Below, piece by piece: positions 49,130-57,718 of a stretch of 64,000 nucleotides of DNA. The notes below the pieces were generated by a model. That model saw nothing but the letters and a program-made list of their open reading frames with translations. It was not told the DNA's origin and searched no databases. The number at the start of each line of letters is the position of its first letter. The first letter of the stretch is position 1. The translations under genes and the position numbers were made by a program. The DNA comes from Bacilli bacterium (GTDB lineage Bacteria > Bacillota_I > Bacilli_A > RFN20 > CAG-826). Where the stretch lies: contig JAZLMH010000023.1 of assembly GCA_045598525.1 (NCBI GenBank), positions 10,004-74,003 on the forward strand, in the 5' to 3' direction.

Positions 49130-49967
49130 CCACTACCGCAAGATTCTCTAAGCGGACCGTATCAACGAAAGAAGCGAGAACCTGCATGTTGTAATTAACG
49201 TTTATATAAACCGTTGTGACCATGTCCTCATCCACGTCACAATCGCCATTATATAAAGTGAACTCTTCTATAGAATCGTCGCTAAAGAAGTTCATATGGG
49301 TTGTTGATTCAAGGGAAGAAAGATAACTGAGCTTATGGTAAACAGTCTCGTCTTCAGTCATTACCTTGCTTTGTTGCATATATGATGGGTAATAGTGTTT
49401 ATGCCCGTTATCTTCTAAAAGCTCGGATGTTAAATCTCCCTCTAAAAAGATATTAAAATCTAAGCAAGAGGACGCTTTGATTTCTTTTTCATGCAAACCG
49501 ACTGCTCTAAGCATTGTATCCACTTTGAGTTTTGCGCTTCCGCCAGTGAACTTGATTTTGCATTCGTAAATAATGTTTGTATTCATTGAAAGCAAAGGGC
49601 TGTGGTTAATTAAATAATCAACAGGGTCATATACGTTCATTTTGGCGTCACGTTCCTCAAATACATCATTTTCAAAAACACCAAACTTTGCTTGCTCTTC
49701 GTTATATGTGTATTTATGTACTTCTCCATTTTGTGGGGAAAGGTAGTCTACATAAGAATCATCCTCACCAATAGAAACAGAAGGATAAACAAACTTATAA
49801 ACATTTAATCCGATTAGCTCATTAGAGTCTGTATTGGCAACAGCAAAAGTCATGCCCGATACAGCTGCTTGTCTGTTTGCTGAAAACCACGCTAAAGAGC
49901 TGGTTGCTAGAGCTGCGGCTGAAGCGATAAAAACAAAAATAGAGCATGCGACTTGTTTACGGATCAT
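49095..49967 (-). CDS. Secreted ~290 aa protein with a SipW-cognate-like signal; paralog of 16345..17187 and intact
   Basis: It starts MIRKQVACSIFVFIASAAALATSSLAWFSANRQ. It overlaps the start of the downstream pseudogene, and its TAA stop lies inside the next gene's first codons. Confidence 0.5.
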   Translation of the reverse strand: MIRKQVACSIFVFIASAAALATSSLAWFSANRQAAVSGMTFAVANTDSNELIGLNVYKFVYPSVSIGEDDSYVDYLSPQNGEVHKYTYNEEQAKFGVFENDVFEERDAKMNVYDPVDYLINHSPLLSMNTNIIYECKIKFTGGSAKLKVDTMLRAVGLHEKEIKASSCLDFNIFLEGDLTSELLEDNGHKHYYPSYMQQSKVMTEDETVYHKLSYLSSLESTTHMNFFSDDSIEEFTLYNGDCDVDEDMVTTVYINVNYNMQVLASFVDTVRLENLAVVDDYIFRFGYGV

Positions 49968-49975
49968 TGGTTCCT

Positions 49976-50047
49976 ATCTGTAGCTGGCTGCCTTTTAGGG
50001 CCCTATAGCTTTGCGTCGCCCGATTTCTCGAGTTTTGCTCTTTAAGA
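49976..50047 (-). promoter_or_regulatory. Second GEMM / c-di-GMP-I-like riboswitch on the minus strand, upstream of the locus-2 cassette
   Basis: The minus-strand RNA reads UUAAAGAGCAAAACUCGAGAAAUCGGGCGACGCAAAGCUAUAGGGCCCUAAAAGGCAGCCAGCUACAG. It aligns position for position with the locus-1 element (GCAAAAC; GNRA hairpin CUCGA-GAAA-UCGGG; GGCGACGCAAAGC; GGCAGCCAG). It abuts the RBS AUAGGAACCAAUG of the 290 aa gene. Confidence 0.6.
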
Positions 50048-50054
50048 TGCGCAC

Positions 50055-50090
50055 ATTATATTCGCGTGCGTACGTAAAGTAAATAATTTG
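50055..50090 (-). promoter_or_regulatory. Candidate promoter for the locus-2 riboswitch/cassette (TATAAT at plus 50055..50060 on minus, with a weak -35)
   Basis: The minus strand reads gaaTATAATgtgcgcatcTTAAAG, spaced like the locus-1 promoter/riboswitch junction. The -35 is poor (TTTACT). Confidence 0.3.
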
Positions 50091-50399
50091 TGTGCGGTTT
50101 CATATTTCTTATGCAGTCTTGAATTTTATAAAAGCCAAGGTTTATTCGGATATTTTCGCAACATTTTGTTAAAACTAAATTCATAAGAAAAATTGATACA
50201 AAAAATACAGTCACTTCAATTTATGTGGTTGCCCATCACGTTGAGCCTTGCTTTCTATATACCGGTGGTTTTATGGGCCGATCAATTTACCATCATCGGA
50301 ATGCTTATGCTTCCGAAAACAATTATGTATATGTGAGCTATTTGGATGGGGTATTGGGAAGCAAGAAAACCTGAAATCAAATAAACTAAAAGTGAACGT

Positions 50400-50432
50400 T
50401 GTTTAAAGAATAGACGCCAGAATGTATAATCT
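50400..50432 (+). promoter_or_regulatory. Candidate promoter with an extended -10 (TGTATAAT) for the 50444 lipoprotein gene
   Basis: tttaaa-N17-TGtataat ends 12 nt before the ATG. The RBS is weak. Confidence 0.35.
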
Positions 50433-50443
50433 AGTGAAGTTTT

Positions 50444-51556
50444 ATGAAGCGTTCTAAGTTAATCAAACCATTTATTGCTCTAGCATCATTATTGGTGGTG
50501 TGTTCTTGCACTTCAAAAGAAGAAAATTCAGTAAGCCAAGTTTCTTCAAACGCTGAGCAATCAAGCGGCGTTTTTGTTGACCCTAACGTTGTAAGCCTCC
50601 CTTCCGTTTATTCTCTTGAACAAAAACTTAATTCTAAACTGAGTGTTACCTTGGAATACGAACTTAATAACACACGTAACGAAATACAATTTACCCGTTA
50701 TGGTGAGTACACCAAATACGAAGACTCTGGTTCAGAAAGCGATAATTGCTTTGTTAAAAACGATTCAGGCCGTGGCCTTTTCTATGAAAAAGACGAAAGC
50801 GGGCGTTACACTTCTTTTGTCTGTGACGACTTTGATCAACACCAATACTATAGGAAATCCTATGTAGGTTATTTTGGAGGCGTTGAGTATGTCTTCAAGT
50901 CAAACCAAGAAATTTCATATCTTGGAAGAAGCTGCATCAAATACACAAACAAAGAAGAAGCAGATGATTCAATGCAAGATTCTTTAATAATTGATAAAGA
51001 GACTGGTTTAGTCCTCCATTACGACTTAAAAGAACTTACGCAGAATAGCAATAAGGGCACGCTACAAACTGATTTCAAATTTAACGTTAAAGAAATCCGT
51101 TTTGGTGAAGAAGCGAAAAACACAATAAATGAAAACATTGAGAACGTGTATGCTGAACCGCTTAGTTCAACTACATTAGAAGCGCTTGGTTTCCAAGGTG
51201 AATTAGAAACACCAAACTTCGCCATCAGTGATTGCTCAACCAAATGGCAAGGTGAAAGCTTAAACGAATATAAAATCGAATATAAAGACAGGGTTAACAG
51301 CGGAAACGATACATATATTAATCAATTTGAAACGTTTACGACATGTCTCTATAACATGGGCTTCAAGAAGCCTTCATCTCAAGCTTCAGATGGTAACTAT
51401 CAAGCTCTTGTTGTTGATTCAACGTTTGATTATGACGCAGACATTTCCTTTGCCGCCTTTGCAACAAAGAACAGCAACACATATAAAGCAGAAAGCCATT
51501 TGACTGTAAAAGGTGGTCAGGCTTCAATAACGTTCACTCTTAATCATGTAGCGTAA
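50444..51556 (+). CDS. Lipoprotein, 370 aa, function unknown
   Basis: The signal has an LVVCSC lipobox and no catalytic motif was recognised. Confidence 0.5.
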   Translation: MKRSKLIKPFIALASLLVVCSCTSKEENSVSQVSSNAEQSSGVFVDPNVVSLPSVYSLEQKLNSKLSVTLEYELNNTRNEIQFTRYGEYTKYEDSGSESDNCFVKNDSGRGLFYEKDESGRYTSFVCDDFDQHQYYRKSYVGYFGGVEYVFKSNQEISYLGRSCIKYTNKEEADDSMQDSLIIDKETGLVLHYDLKELTQNSNKGTLQTDFKFNVKEIRFGEEAKNTINENIENVYAEPLSSTTLEALGFQGELETPNFAISDCSTKWQGESLNEYKIEYKDRVNSGNDTYINQFETFTTCLYNMGFKKPSSQASDGNYQALVVDSTFDYDADISFAAFATKNSNTYKAESHLTVKGGQASITFTLNHVA

Positions 51557-51578
51557 TATCAATTGGAATAATATGACG

Positions 51579-52034
51579 TTATGCGTCAAAAAGTTCTCTG
51601 TCTTTCTCTGAAATTATGGCTAATTTTGGGATGATGGTATTGACAAATCCTTCTAATGAAGATCCGGCAAACGCATCATCTAGCTCCATAATATATGGAT
51701 GATTATGATAATCCCAAAATCTAACTTCATTTTTAATCAACGCTTTTGCAACGGTGCTCGTTATCTCTTCTTCGTTATAAATGAAAACAGCGTCATTGCT
51801 ATCACTTAAGATAGGAATAAACTCATCAACACATTCCTTTGCTCTTTTAAAATAAAATTCGCAAAATCGCAAATAACCTTCAATTACTTCCTTTTGTTCG
51901 CACTCGTTTATGTTTTTGTGGTTCGATAATCTTAAAAGCGCTGCAATAAACGAATGAATGATAGACGCCGCCGCTTTAAAGTTTTCAATCGCTATTTCTA
52001 TAAATATTTCTTTTCTGTCTTCTTTATTTGTCAT
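51579..52034 (-). CDS. Hypothetical small cytoplasmic protein
   Basis: 151 aa with no signal peptide; it sits in a cluster of small minus-strand genes. Confidence 0.35.
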   Translation of the reverse strand: MTNKEDRKEIFIEIAIENFKAAASIIHSFIAALLRLSNHKNINECEQKEVIEGYLRFCEFYFKRAKECVDEFIPILSDSNDAVFIYNEEEITSTVAKALIKNEVRFWDYHNHPYIMELDDAFAGSSLEGFVNTIIPKLAIISEKDRELFDA

Positions 52035-52205
52035 AAATGTATTTTCCTTCTCACGTTTAAAGACTTTCTTATCTCTATGTTATGCATTTCAATGGTTTTA
52101 TTTTAGTTTGAATAGTTCCAAACAGAATCTAGAGCATCTTTTTTCCTGCTGTTTATCCTTAAAATATCATTAACCACTCTTTTGTTTATTCGCGTTCAAA
52201 CATTC

Positions 52206-52574
52206 TTAAACAGCCATCGAAGAAAGTTCACTAACGTTGCAATATTTGCCACTTTTATAGCGTTCCACCATCCTTCTAACCAACAACTTCCCATGAGTCG
52301 ATAGGCACAAATTTAAATTTTCACCTAACTGATACATATAACTCTCTTCTTTCCATGATTGAAGAATACATGGACGAATCTTGCGCGACTCATCTTTATT
52401 CAACCTTTTCTCGTATATTCTGGAAATATATAAGTCCTCATAACCTTTTCTAATAATTGTGTGTGTAAGGTTATTGCGCAAAGAAATTGTTTCTATTAGT
52501 GAATCAAGAAACTTCTGCGGATAAGTACTTTGGATATTAAATAAATCTCTTAAGTCTTGCTTTTTATTTTTCAT
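52206..52574 (-). CDS. Hypothetical small cytoplasmic protein
   Basis: 122 aa ORF with no recognisable motifs. Confidence 0.35.
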   Translation of the reverse strand: MKNKKQDLRDLFNIQSTYPQKFLDSLIETISLRNNLTHTIIRKGYEDLYISRIYEKRLNKDESRKIRPCILQSWKEESYMYQLGENLNLCLSTHGKLLVRRMVERYKSGKYCNVSELSSMAV

Positions 52575-52594
52575 TTCTTTCTCCTAAATTTCAT

Positions 52595-53353
52595 TCAACC
52601 AAAGAAGACCTCACCATTTTCGTTTATGAAAGGCTCTTTGCGGAGCCAGTCTAGTTCATCCGAGAAATCTGGGAGTAAAACATAAACACGTTCTGTCAAC
52701 GCGAACCCGCCCGCTACGCCATGCATAAACAGCTTATACAAACTGTTATTTAACTTTTTAGACTCTCTGACCAATTTGACCAATTCAAATATAATAGACG
52801 GATTCGTTTCCGCTAAATAAAACTCAACATGAGGATTCTCTAGAAAGAGATTTAGAGCTTTTTTAGTATCCTTCTCAGTACCTTCGCCATGAAGGTAACT
52901 TTTTATCATTTCGGCAATTATTGCTTCGTCATCCTCAAAACGTTCTTTGGAATATGCTTTTTCTAGAATCGATAAAGCCTTCGCTGGATCCTTTTTAATG
53001 CCTATGCCGTATTTATAAATATTGCTTACCATCATAGCTAGGCGGTTGAATTTCCCGTCAGGCAATTCGTCTCCGTGATCAAGTGCCACTTCAAAGTATT
53101 CCAGAGCCTCTGCTACATTTTGTTTGCAACCATAGCCAACCAGTTTCCTTTGTCCCACAGCTACGTAAAGCAACGCATCTCCTTCTTCTTCGATTTTTTC
53201 AGGTTTGAGTAAGGCGTATGAATAATACTCAAAAGCCTTGGTTATGTCCTTTTCAACTCCATCACCCCTATCGTAGATATCTCCTAGAAGAACGTAGTTT
53301 TCATATTCTCCTTGCTCAGCAAAGGTTAACAAATCTTTAATATTCTTATCCAT
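52595..53353 (-). CDS. Sel1-like (TPR-family) repeat protein
   Basis: 252 aa with several Sel1-type repeats (GDIYDRGDGVEKDITKAFEYY, YKYGIGIKKDPAKALSILEKAY, YLHGEGTEKDTKKALNLF). Confidence 0.6.
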   Translation of the reverse strand: MDKNIKDLLTFAEQGEYENYVLLGDIYDRGDGVEKDITKAFEYYSYALLKPEKIEEEGDALLYVAVGQRKLVGYGCKQNVAEALEYFEVALDHGDELPDGKFNRLAMMVSNIYKYGIGIKKDPAKALSILEKAYSKERFEDDEAIIAEMIKSYLHGEGTEKDTKKALNLFLENPHVEFYLAETNPSIIFELVKLVRESKKLNNSLYKLFMHGVAGGFALTERVYVLLPDFSDELDWLRKEPFINENGEVFFG

Positions 53354-53735
53354 AACAAAACCTCTTTTTATTTCGGCTCGCTATTCTAGCATGGTACAAA
53401 AATCAATGTGCACCTCTTTTTTGCGGCTTCTCAAAACTATAATTTTCATGATAATTTCCAACTTATCATGTGCTGTGGTTAATTGTTATGTTAAAGAAGA
53501 TTGTAATATTAAGTGCGGAAGTTTGAGGGTTCCGAATTGAACACCTTGGCATGTTAAACCCAACTATTGTATTTTCTAGGCCTATTGTTAATCAGACCGA
53601 CCTTATGGCCAATGTGTTTCTGCATGAACCTGAAAAGGCTACAACCTTTCGATAAAGGCGTGTAACAATATTTAAGGTATTCAATGAACTTTTTCTTCTA
53701 TCTCAAACATTTAGCTTAATCGGCAAATTCTCCTA

Positions 53736-53764
53736 TAAATAAAAAGACAGATTTAGGTCTGTCT
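53736..53764 (-). terminator. Rho-independent terminator after the 53788 lipoprotein gene
   Basis: An agacag-atttaggt-ctgtct hairpin is flanked by aaaaa and ttttt; on the minus strand it is followed by UUUUUAUUUAU. Confidence 0.5.
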
Positions 53765-53787
53765 TTTTCTGATTCATTAGCGTTTGA

Positions 53788-54444
53788 TTATTTTTCTAAA
53801 TTCCAAACTGTGGCAATATCCATTTCAATAATGGAAATGTCATCAACTGTAAGCGTTAAATTGAATGTGGCATTCATAACATCGCCTTTGACTTTAATAC
53901 TGGAATCGGTAAGCGAGGATCCAATTGATTTAGTATCTCCGTTAAGGTATGTAAATTTTCCAGAAGTAACAACATAATCAACATAATTGACATCGTATGA
54001 AATTGGATCAATCTTCATGGAATAGAATTTAACGTTTTCGCGTTCTTTTGTGTAAACGCATAAGGAATTGACTGGGTCTACTTCATTCTCTCCAACTTTT
54101 TCGAAATCCGATTTATGTGTGTAATTAACGGATTTTGGAGAGATAGATTTGCCGTTATATGTTCCTGCAGGGTTCATTTCATTTGATAAAAGTAATCCGC
54201 CTAAGTTTCCAAAAGAATTTGAGGTATATACGTTCTTAACGCGTTCTTTAATAGCCTCTTCGGTGCCTAATCCGATTTCTTCAAAAGAAGAGAGATCTTC
54301 AACCGTTCCTACTTTGTATGCGATTGTCTCTGACTCAAGCAAGAACTTTTGAGACTTTTCATTGGTGCCACATGCGGATAATGTTGCTAAAGCAGCTAAA
54401 GATAACATTGAAATGGCTAATATGTTTAATTTTGAGTTTTTCAT
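53788..54444 (-). CDS. Lipoprotein, 218 aa, function unknown
   Basis: The signal has an LSAC lipobox. Confidence 0.5.
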   Translation of the reverse strand: MKNSKLNILAISMLSLAALATLSACGTNEKSQKFLLESETIAYKVGTVEDLSSFEEIGLGTEEAIKERVKNVYTSNSFGNLGGLLLSNEMNPAGTYNGKSISPKSVNYTHKSDFEKVGENEVDPVNSLCVYTKERENVKFYSMKIDPISYDVNYVDYVVTSGKFTYLNGDTKSIGSSLTDSSIKVKGDVMNATFNLTLTVDDISIIEMDIATVWNLEK

Positions 54445-54653
54445 AATTTACTCCTTTTTATCGTCAAGGATGTTAAAACATAAACCAGCAATTGTAAATT
54501 GATTTCCGTTCTTAATAATTTCTGCGGGTTCGTTATCTTTTAGCACGGAAACTGAACATTACGCGAAATATACCGCCTAATTCAAGAGGTTATGCGTTTG
54601 AAAGATTCAGGCCATGCAGGCTTTGGTGCTTGGTCTATATAGGTATTATGTGC

Positions 54654-54689
54654 ATGAAAAAAAGATCATGCCTGATGTTTGACATGATC
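54654..54689 (-). terminator. Strong rho-independent terminator ending the rpsF-ssb-rpsR operon
   Basis: An 8 bp agatcatg / catgatct stem with a 12 nt loop is followed on the minus strand by UUUUUUU (plus a-run 54655..54661). Confidence 0.65.
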
Positions 54690-54823
54690 TGTTTCTATAG
54701 TCTGTTATCCGCTATAGGTCTGAGCAATCTTCTGCGTATTATAGATACTTGTCTAACTTTGTTCTGAGAGAGATTTGTTTTGTTCTATTCAGATAAATTA
54801 GATTTGTTCTATTACAACATCAA

Positions 54824-55054
54824 TTATCTCTGACCAACTTCAGGAAGTAAGCCCATAAGGCGTGCGTTCTTGATAGCTTTTGCGAGTTGTCTCTGATACT
54901 TTGCGCTTGTACCTGTTGAGCTGCGTGCAAGGATCTTTCCATCAGGTGTGATGAATCTCTGAAGGAGTTCTGTATCCTTGTAATCAATGTATTTAACGTG
55001 GTTCTTGGTGAAGTAGCAGACCTTTCTCTTTGGTCTCATTTTCTTGAAAGCCAT
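54824..55054 (-). CDS. rpsR: 30S ribosomal protein S18
   Basis: 76 aa. The S18 core YIDYKD...[37 protein letters not shown] is conserved. Confidence 0.9.
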   Translation of the reverse strand: MAFKKMRPKRKVCYFTKNHVKYIDYKDTELLQRFITPDGKILARSSTGTSAKYQRQLAKAIKNARLMGLLPEVGQR

Positions 55055-55083
55055 TGTTAATTTTTCCTTTCTCTATGAAATTT

Positions 55084-55536
55084 TTAGAATGGGAGGTCGT
55101 CATCGACGACATCAAGCCCATCCAAGTTTCCGCTTGCTGATGTGTTGACTTGTGAATAGCTTGGCTGTGGTTCAACCTGACGGAAGCCAGGTTCAGCTGA
55201 AACACTTGCTCCTGCAGCCTTTGGTTCTAAGAAGTCAACATTGTCAGCGATGGTTTCGATGACAGTAACTTGAACGTTGTCTTTGTTGGTGTATTTGCGT
55301 TGGTTGAGTCTACCAGAAACAGCCACTAATGAGCCTTTTCTAACAAACTTTGCAACGTTATCGGCTTTGTTACCGAAGATTGAGCAGCCCATGAATAAGG
55401 TGTTTTTCTCACCGTTTGGGCCTTTGAATGAATCATCAACTGCTACAGTGAAGGAAGCTACTGATAGTCCTGCTGCAGTTTTACGTAACTCTGGGTCACG
55501 GGTCAAACGACCAATAAGAATGACGTGGTTAAGCAT
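55084..55536 (-). CDS. ssb: Single-stranded DNA-binding protein
   Basis: 150 aa with an OB-fold N-terminus (MLNHVILIGRLTRDPELR), a Gly/Ser/Gln-rich linker and the acidic C-terminal tail DDDLPF. Confidence 0.9.
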   Translation of the reverse strand: MLNHVILIGRLTRDPELRKTAAGLSVASFTVAVDDSFKGPNGEKNTLFMGCSIFGNKADNVAKFVRKGSLVAVSGRLNQRKYTNKDNVQVTVIETIADNVDFLEPKAAGASVSAEPGFRQVEPQPSYSQVNTSASGNLDGLDVVDDDLPF

Positions 55537-55569
55537 TGTTTACCATCCTCCAATTAATTGTGTTGTCTA

Positions 55570-55866
55570 TTAGTCTTGAGCAACAGTAACTAAATGACGG
55601 AGTACATTTTGATTGAGCTTTGCCAAACGGTCGAACTCATCAAGAGCTGGTTTGTCAGCGTTGACTTTGAGGATAACGTAGTATCCTTTGGTCTGTTTCT
55701 TGATGATGCTGGCGAAGTCTTTGAGGCCCCACTCCTTGGTGTCGAGCACCTGTGCCTTGTTATTTTCAAGGATTCCATGGAGTTTGGCGATTTCAGCCTT
55801 ACGTGCTTCTTCTTCAAGAGCAGCTGTAAGGATGTACATGATTTCGTACTTTTTCATGATTAGCAC
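55570..55866 (-). CDS. rpsF: 30S ribosomal protein S6
   Basis: 98 aa starting MKKYEIMYIL, in the classic rpsF-ssb-rpsR order. AGGAGGTG sits 8 nt upstream. Confidence 0.9.
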   Translation of the reverse strand: MLIMKKYEIMYILTAALEEEARKAEIAKLHGILENNKAQVLDTKEWGLKDFASIIKKQTKGYYVILKVNADKPALDEFDRLAKLNQNVLRHLVTVAQD

Positions 55867-55952
55867 CTCCTAGTTTTGGTCTAAGGACCACATCATTAAT
55901 TGTGTGGCCATAGAAGAATGTGTGCTTCGTTTCCTTCTACGAAGCCCAAACA

Positions 55953-55980
55953 TAATACTACGGCACTATCTCTTAATCAA
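55953..55980 (-). promoter_or_regulatory. Candidate sigma-A promoter for the rpsF operon (TTGATT-17-TATTAT on minus)
   Basis: The hexamers were read from the reverse complement. A GCTTCG...CGAAGC hairpin lies in the 5' UTR between the promoter and the RBS. Confidence 0.35.
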
Positions 55981-56087
55981 TTAAGAGTTGTCCTTTTGTA
56001 AATTTTTATTCGTCTTGAGACGTATATCTCTGTGTAGATATTTGCCTTCAATTACTTATACTGGACGAAATAAAAAATGTTTGAAAA

Positions 56088-56127
56088 TTGCAATAAAAAA
56101 TAAAAATACGCGGTTTTTGCCGCGTAT
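56088..56127 (-). terminator. Rho-independent terminator after lysS
   Basis: An 8 bp atacgcgg / ccgcgtat stem is followed on the minus strand by UUUUUAUUUUUUAUU. Confidence 0.6.
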
Positions 56128-56151
56128 TTTAAAGTGTTTTTGGTTTGAAAA

Positions 56152-57684
56152 TTACTCTTTGTCGTCTTTCTTAACCACTGCAACTTCGTCTTTCATTGTT
56201 GGGAAGAGAAGAACTTCACGGATTGTTGATTCTTCCGCGAAAAGCATGCAAAGACGGTCAATGCCAACACCAATACCGCCAGCTGGAGGCATACCATAAA
56301 TAAGAGCATCAAGGAATGTAAAGTCGATATCTGCAGCTTCGTCGTCGCCTCTTTCACGAGCAGCTAATTGAGCCTTGAATCTTTCTTCCTGATCGAATGG
56401 GTTATTGAGTTCACTGTATGCATTACCAAATTCAGTTCCTGCAATGAAGAGTTCGAAGCGATCAACAAAACGTGGATCGGCTGTCTTTTTGGTTAATGGA
56501 GATACTTCGATTGGGTATGTGTGAATAAAGGTTGGTTGGATAAGGGTTGGCTCGACGAGTTCATCAAAGAATGCTTGCATAATGTAGCCTGTGCTATTCC
56601 ATGACTGTTGAAGAGGAACGTTGTGTTCTTTTGCAAGCTTAACAGCTTCTTCAAATGGAATTTCCTGGTTGAAGTCGATACCACACTTTTCTTTAATTGC
56701 GTCCGCCATGCTGATTGCAGCAAATGGTTTTGAGACATCAATCTGGTGACCGTTCCATTCAAAGACATCTTTATGCATAACGTTCTCAGCAATATAGTGG
56801 AACAAGCCTTCGCACCAGAGTTTCATATCGGAGAGGTCACCATATGCCTGATAGAGCTCAATTGTTGTGAATTCTGGGTTATGTCTATTGTCCATGCCCT
56901 CATTTCTGAAGATACGTCCAATTTCATAGACGCGGTCAATACCGCCGACCATGCATTTCTTAAGATTTAATTCGGTAGCAATGCGGAGGAAGAAATCTTT
57001 ATCTAAAGTATTGTGATGCGTGATAAAAGGACGAGCGGAAGCACCACCAGCGATTGGAGAAAGGACTGGAGTTTCGACTTCCACAAACCCGAGGCTGTCA
57101 CAATAGTTTCTAACACCTTTGATGATAGACGCTCTTGTTAATGCGTTCTTACGTGATTTGTCATTGATGATAAGATCGACATAACGGTGACGGCATCTCT
57201 CTTCAATGTCGGTTAAACCATGGAATTTTTCTGGAAGAGGTTTAAGACATTTTGTGATGTGAGTGTATTTAGAAACACGAATTGTTAATTCGCCTGTTCT
57301 TGTAACCATTAAGTGTCCTTCAAGACCAACGATGTCTCCTAAATCAGCGAGTTTGAAAACTTCATAATCGTGTTCGCCGATAACATTCATGCCAATCCAT
57401 GCCTGCATGTTTCCATACTCATCTTTGATGTTAACGAAACTTGCTTTGCCCATGCGGCGGATAGCCATAAGACGTCCAGCAACATTAACTTTAACTTCTT
57501 TAGCTGGATATAAATCAGCTTCGCCTAATCCCGCATATTTTTCGCGGAGATCTTTAATCTGATCTTTCCACTCGTAACGTGACCCAAATGGATCGACACC
57601 TAATTCTTCATAGCGAGCGAGCTTGTTACGACGAGCTAACTCTTGGTCATTTAATTTCTCTTCTTCCATGGTTGTTCCTCCCAC
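56152..57684 (-). CDS. lysS: Lysyl-tRNA synthetase, class II
   Basis: 510 aa with an N-terminal anticodon-binding OB domain, class II motifs 1 to 3 (for example GGIGVGIDRLCMLF) and a FRNEG motif. The true start is probably the ATG of MEEEKLN. Confidence 0.95.
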   Translation of the reverse strand: MGGTTMEEEKLNDQELARRNKLARYEELGVDPFGSRYEWKDQIKDLREKYAGLGEADLYPAKEVKVNVAGRLMAIRRMGKASFVNIKDEYGNMQAWIGMNVIGEHDYEVFKLADLGDIVGLEGHLMVTRTGELTIRVSKYTHITKCLKPLPEKFHGLTDIEERCRHRYVDLIINDKSRKNALTRASIIKGVRNYCDSLGFVEVETPVLSPIAGGASARPFITHHNTLDKDFFLRIATELNLKKCMVGGIDRVYEIGRIFRNEGMDNRHNPEFTTIELYQAYGDLSDMKLWCEGLFHYIAENVMHKDVFEWNGHQIDVSKPFAAISMADAIKEKCGIDFNQEIPFEEAVKLAKEHNVPLQQSWNSTGYIMQAFFDELVEPTLIQPTFIHTYPIEVSPLTKKTADPRFVDRFELFIAGTEFGNAYSELNNPFDQEERFKAQLAARERGDDEAADIDFTFLDALIYGMPPAGGIGVGIDRLCMLFAEESTIREVLLFPTMKDEVAVVKKDDKE

Positions 57685-57718
57685 AAAGTGTAGTGATAGT
57701 TTAATACATTAAATTGCT

